From Amoebophrya sp. A120 (taxonomy: Eukaryota; Protista; Dinoflagellata): a DNA stretch of 64,000 bases. The position numbers and the translations under genes are program-made. Location of the stretch: positions 9,249,412 to 9,313,411 of the forward strand of contig CAJINV010000002.1 of assembly GCA_905178155.1 (NCBI GenBank), in the 5' to 3' direction. The notes beneath the pieces were generated by a model. It did no database searches, was not told the DNA's origin, and worked only from the letters and a program-made list of their open reading frames with translations. Positions 60,210-64,000 of the stretch are shown in pieces; within the stretch, counting starts at the first letter, position 1, and each line of letters begins with the position of its first letter.

Positions 60210-62388
60210 GAAAATGAGTTCATCATACTTCTGTGCCACACTGAGAATCCCTCTGCCAGAGGGATCGATGCTTGCTAGCAACTCAGCAAGTTTACTTCGC
60301 TCATCTGGATCTGTTCACCATCACAGTATACATGAGTGTGTGCGCGGCACGCCTATAGCCTGGGAGGAGTATTGCAGAGGGATCATGTGCGAGGTTTCAG
60401 AGCAGAAGAGACGTGCACGAGCCTGGGGGCTTGGAAGTCATTGCCCGGCAGTCAAGCCGTGCGCCGGTGATATCGTAAGCTGTGCGACCCCTCGCGCCGC
60501 GGCCGGGCGCGCCTGCGCTGGCGCGCGCTAGGCCGCAGCAGCGCGCAGGGCTTTCGCATTATTTCGAAACGGTCACAGCCCGGCGCTTCGGGAAGCCCGC
60601 GCGACGACGCGGAGGAGGCGGGGGGAGTAGCTCGCTCGCATGCCGCGGAAGTTTTGCCCCCGGCGTGAATTCCAACGGCGGGCCCGTCTCTTTAATCAAC
60701 CCGCCCGCGGTAAGGACCCTGCCGAACGCGCCAACGGCTTCGCCCCCTTTCGTCGGGCTCCGCGACTCCGATCGTCCCGAAAAGCTGGCGGGCGGGGCGC
60801 CGCTTGGCGGCGCCGCCGCGGCAGCGAAGAAAATGAAGCGGGGGGGCGCCGGAGCAGATCGGCCCCGCAGGCAGGGAGGGGAAGCGGCCTGCATGGCCCT
60901 ACTCCGGGGAGTGGGCCCCCGCAGGGCGCGAGAGTGTCGCGCGGCTTCCAGCGACGCGGCGAAAGAGTCGGCGAGAAGGGTGCCGGAGCCCGAGGGGGCG
61001 GGCCGCCGAACCGGAAGAAGAACAACTGACAACAAAAAGGGCCGATCGCCCGCCCCGCGCGCTCCTTTGTATGTTGTGCTTTGTGTGGGGGCGCCCCCCC
61101 CCGGGGTTGCGCCGCGCGCCCCGCGCATACATAGATACGGGCCGGCCCAAAGGGCTCCCTCCGCTGCGTGCCTCATCCACTGCCCATCTGCCCGCGCGGC
61201 GGCCTTGGTCGGCGGCGCCGACCTTGTTGGCCTTCGTTCGGGCCAGGCTGCATGCTTAGCGAGCGGCGCAGGCGGGTGGCGGCTCGTTTTTTGTGTCCCG
61301 CCCGCCCTCGAGGATTGGTGGTGTCCGCCCCTTCTTGCTCGGGCGCCCTTGTTTGAAGCCGGCGGCCGCCCGCCTCCCTGCCTGTGTGCGCTCGCAGGAT
61401 CGGGGCGGCCCTTCCTCCGCATTTTTCTTTGTGTGTGCAGTAATCTAGGACGGCCCCCGTCGGCAGCGAATTGCGATGGCGGCTGGGTGATGGGAGCTTT
61501 ATCATGCCCTATCTCGCCCATTGTAAAAAAAGTGTGAATGTGCAAGACCTAAAAATATTCGCGATATGCTAATATGAGCGAGGCGTCGGACGGCTTTGGT
61601 TCTTCTCCCCATCTTCTTGAAGAAACCAACCGGCTTGAGGTTGAAGCCCTGTCTCCGGTGTCTGCTCCCATTGAGCGCAGCTCGTGTCCACAAGGAGAAC
61701 TCTCTATTACACCTCATCTAACAGAGGCTCACGAATTATGTTGTCAGAGTCGCGTGGTGAAAGCTGGATCTGGAAGCCCGGGCTTTGTGTGAGTACATGA
61801 ATCTTTTGTGTCGACGAAGGGACGATAGCCGCTGAGAGAAGGAGAAAGAATGTTGTCGATCCTTGTCCATGATATCGTGGACTGACACTGCAGGATATCA
61901 TCTGGATCTGAAACGGTAACGGATTTCATTTGTTTGTCGAGCCTCCCACTTTACTATGACCGTGTCGTCGAGGAGGTTCAGGCAGGAGTTGTGATGTCCA
62001 TACAGGAGCCTGGAACAGGGTTCAGGTGGACAAAGTTCGAGTTATGGAGTGGATTTCACTTTGTATGAACGGAATCTTCGTGAAACGGTGCGACGAGCAC
62101 AGCAACCATAAATAAAAGACAAACGATCGAGTTGCATCAACATTCTATCAGGCAGCCTAATGAGGATCTGTTTACTTTGGTGACAGCAGAGACGAGTTTA
62201 TAATGATGTTTAGCCACGTACAGTTATTGTCAAGCTCGCGCTCCTCCTCATTTTTGCTATGGCTGTGATCGCAAAGTCTTTTCATCCATGGCTCCATTTT
62301 GCAAACTCTTCTTGCGCTCTCCGTTTCGCATCCGAGGAATCTGAGGTTCTTTACCTGCAAAGTGCACAATATTATTCTGTGACAAACA

Positions 62389-63567
62389 ATGACCTTGGCT
62401 GCCCCGTCTAACTTCCCCAACACAAGATTCCAGGTGATTCGAGACGACGAATGGCAGAAGTTCAAACACAAACTCCAACTCCACTTGACGAAAGAGCAAA
62501 ATCCCTCTCTGTTTGCGCAGTTGGAAAACCTAGAACTCCAATTCCAAGCGGAGCCGGTGGTCGACCCGAAAGACGCAGACAATGTGAAAATAGAGTTGAA
62601 ATTCGTCGGCGGCGGAAGAGGAACCGCGAGTCCGCTGCAAGGAGCAGATGAAGTGCTGTGCAGCACGGTAACGCCAGCCGTCAACTGTGCGGAACCGGGC
62701 GTCGCTCCACGCTGTCGTCCTATCAGAATATGGGGAGCTCCTGCAGAAATCGTGACTAGAAGAAGAAGCGACTACACAGTTGAGGATGCAGGTCCACCAG
62801 CGTTTACGAGGTACGGCGAAGATGAGGAAGGTTGCTCATACTGTGCCGAGTTCGACGAGCAACAAAAGCAGAACAACGGCAGAGAGGACTACAACTCCCC
62901 GTCGCTCGTGTTTTCGAGCGACTATGTGGACCAGCGCTGTTCAGGGATGAGCTCTGATGTCGATATGGACGGAACCAGTCGCATTTTTGACGAATACAAC
63001 AATAGCAGTACCTTTGACGGTCTCGCGGCCCAGCTGGACCCGGACGAAACGTTCGCGGACGACGTGCCTGCGTTCTGCGCGCGATGCGGATCCGCTTTTT
63101 TCATCGACCGGCTATCTTGCATGTGCTACGGCTGGGCAACAAAGTATTCATTGTCTTGTTTTAATTTTTTTGCTTTCTTACGCGACCATGAACATTTTTT
63201 ACCCGTGTGTAAGTTAGTACATCCAAGTCGTGATCGTTGCACGAAGTGCTACTGCAAGCTGGTTCTTCTTACTCTGATGCCTACAGTTTCAATTCTATCC
63301 AGGATCGAAAACCACGACACAGGCGGCCCTGTCGGTGTAGCAGGACATGCAGGAATTGCAAATAAAAGGCCACCACCAGCACAAGGACGCAGAGATCTCC
63401 GCTGCGGGCTTACGACAACAGGTGATTTGGACGGTAGTACGGAAGCAGGAGACAATGACTCCTACAAAGACGACGCTTTGGAGCCCACATTTGGACGGAC
63501 CGAGATCTCCTTTCAGCGTCAGCGGCGACGGGATTACGATCGGTGTATCACCATTACATCGGAGTAA
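62389..63567 (+). CDS. Diverged paralog of only the C-terminal region of the upstream glyoxalase II-like gene
   Basis: TRFQVIRDDEWQKFKHKL vs TKFQVIPDVEWQRFKKKI; TFDGLAAQLDP...FCARCGS vs SFDELAAKLDP...YCSRCGS; no HxHxDH motif. Confidence 0.6.
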   Translation: MTLAAPSNFPNTRFQVIRDDEWQKFKHKLQLHLTKEQNPSLFAQLENLELQFQAEPVVDPKDADNVKIELKFVGGGRGTASPLQGADEVLCSTVTPAVNCAEPGVAPRCRPIRIWGAPAEIVTRRRSDYTVEDAGPPAFTRYGEDEEGCSYCAEFDEQQKQNNGREDYNSPSLVFSSDYVDQRCSGMSSDVDMDGTSRIFDEYNNSSTFDGLAAQLDPDETFADDVPAFCARCGSAFFIDRLSCMCYGWATKYSLSCFNFFAFLRDHEHFLPVCKLVHPSRDRCTKCYCKLVLLTLMPTVSILSRIENHDTGGPVGVAGHAGIANKRPPPAQGRRDLRCGLTTTGDLDGSTEAGDNDSYKDDALEPTFGRTEISFQRQRRRDYDRCITITSE

Positions 63568-64000
63568 ATTAAAAACAAGAGGCAGAAGATCTCATCTTGA
63601 TTTTCTATTTCCATGACTGCGCCAGAAATGCAGCACGTGCACGAGAATACAAAGGCACACTTTTTCAAACAGTTCTTGCAGTAGGTAGAAGAAGCAGTAG
63701 AAGTACATGAGTGCTTACTGGTATGACTCTGCGATTTCTCTGTTAGTACTAGTAGTTCCAAATCAAATTTGACGCAATAAAAACAAAGACTCTGCAACTG
63801 TCGATGCTTTTCTTTCGAGTGGTCTGACTTTTCTATGTCGATAAGAATTTTGTCATATACATATATTATAGTTTTTTGTACAATTAGCGACTTTGAAAAT
63901 CCGTTTCGTTCTGCCTTTCCGAGTGGCCCGCCTTTCAAATCTGTCACCTCAACCGACCTCTATGTCATTGTAAAAAAAGCTTCTTGAAAACAAGGATGAG

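Noticed and set aside
60482-61545. 351-aa (+) and 328-aa (-) ORFs
   Set aside because: A/R/G/P-rich translation expected from very GC-rich non-coding DNA; no motifs.
111-63567. Stop-codon reassignment (known in one Amoebophrya lineage)
   Set aside because: Multi-kb exons are free of in-frame stops under the standard code, and interruptions are explained by introns, apart from one isolated TGA at 41223.

Overview
Eukaryotic, gene-dense genomic DNA. All credible genes (about 11) lie on the + strand. Recognisable products are a mitochondrial-type ribosomal protein uL16 (plus a truncated 5' duplicate), a giant ferlin (~4,350 aa), an RNI-type LRR protein, a class IV (SIRT6/7-like) sirtuin fused to a HAD-like domain, and a glyoxalase II/PNKD-like metallo-beta-lactamase followed by a paralog of its C-terminal part only. 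The dominant structure is a set of 26 MITE-like elements (core length 150-326 bp, about 8 sequence families) inserted in coding exons. They run TAT...ATA (two have a decayed left tip), carry terminal inverted repeats (TIRs), and are flanked by 5-bp direct repeats. In the 25 cases inside well-supported genes, removing the element plus one repeat copy restores the reading frame, so they appear to be non-canonical introns (introners). This architecture points to an Amoebophrya-like syndinian dinoflagellate (inference). Three introners also contain a nested, mutually unrelated GT...TTAG insertion with a 17-21 bp duplication near the 3' end, suggesting intron-within-introner (twintron-like) structures. 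Splicing is inferred from reading frames only, with no RNA data. Coordinates were counted by hand and cross-checked by the spliced CDS lengths being multiples of 3.
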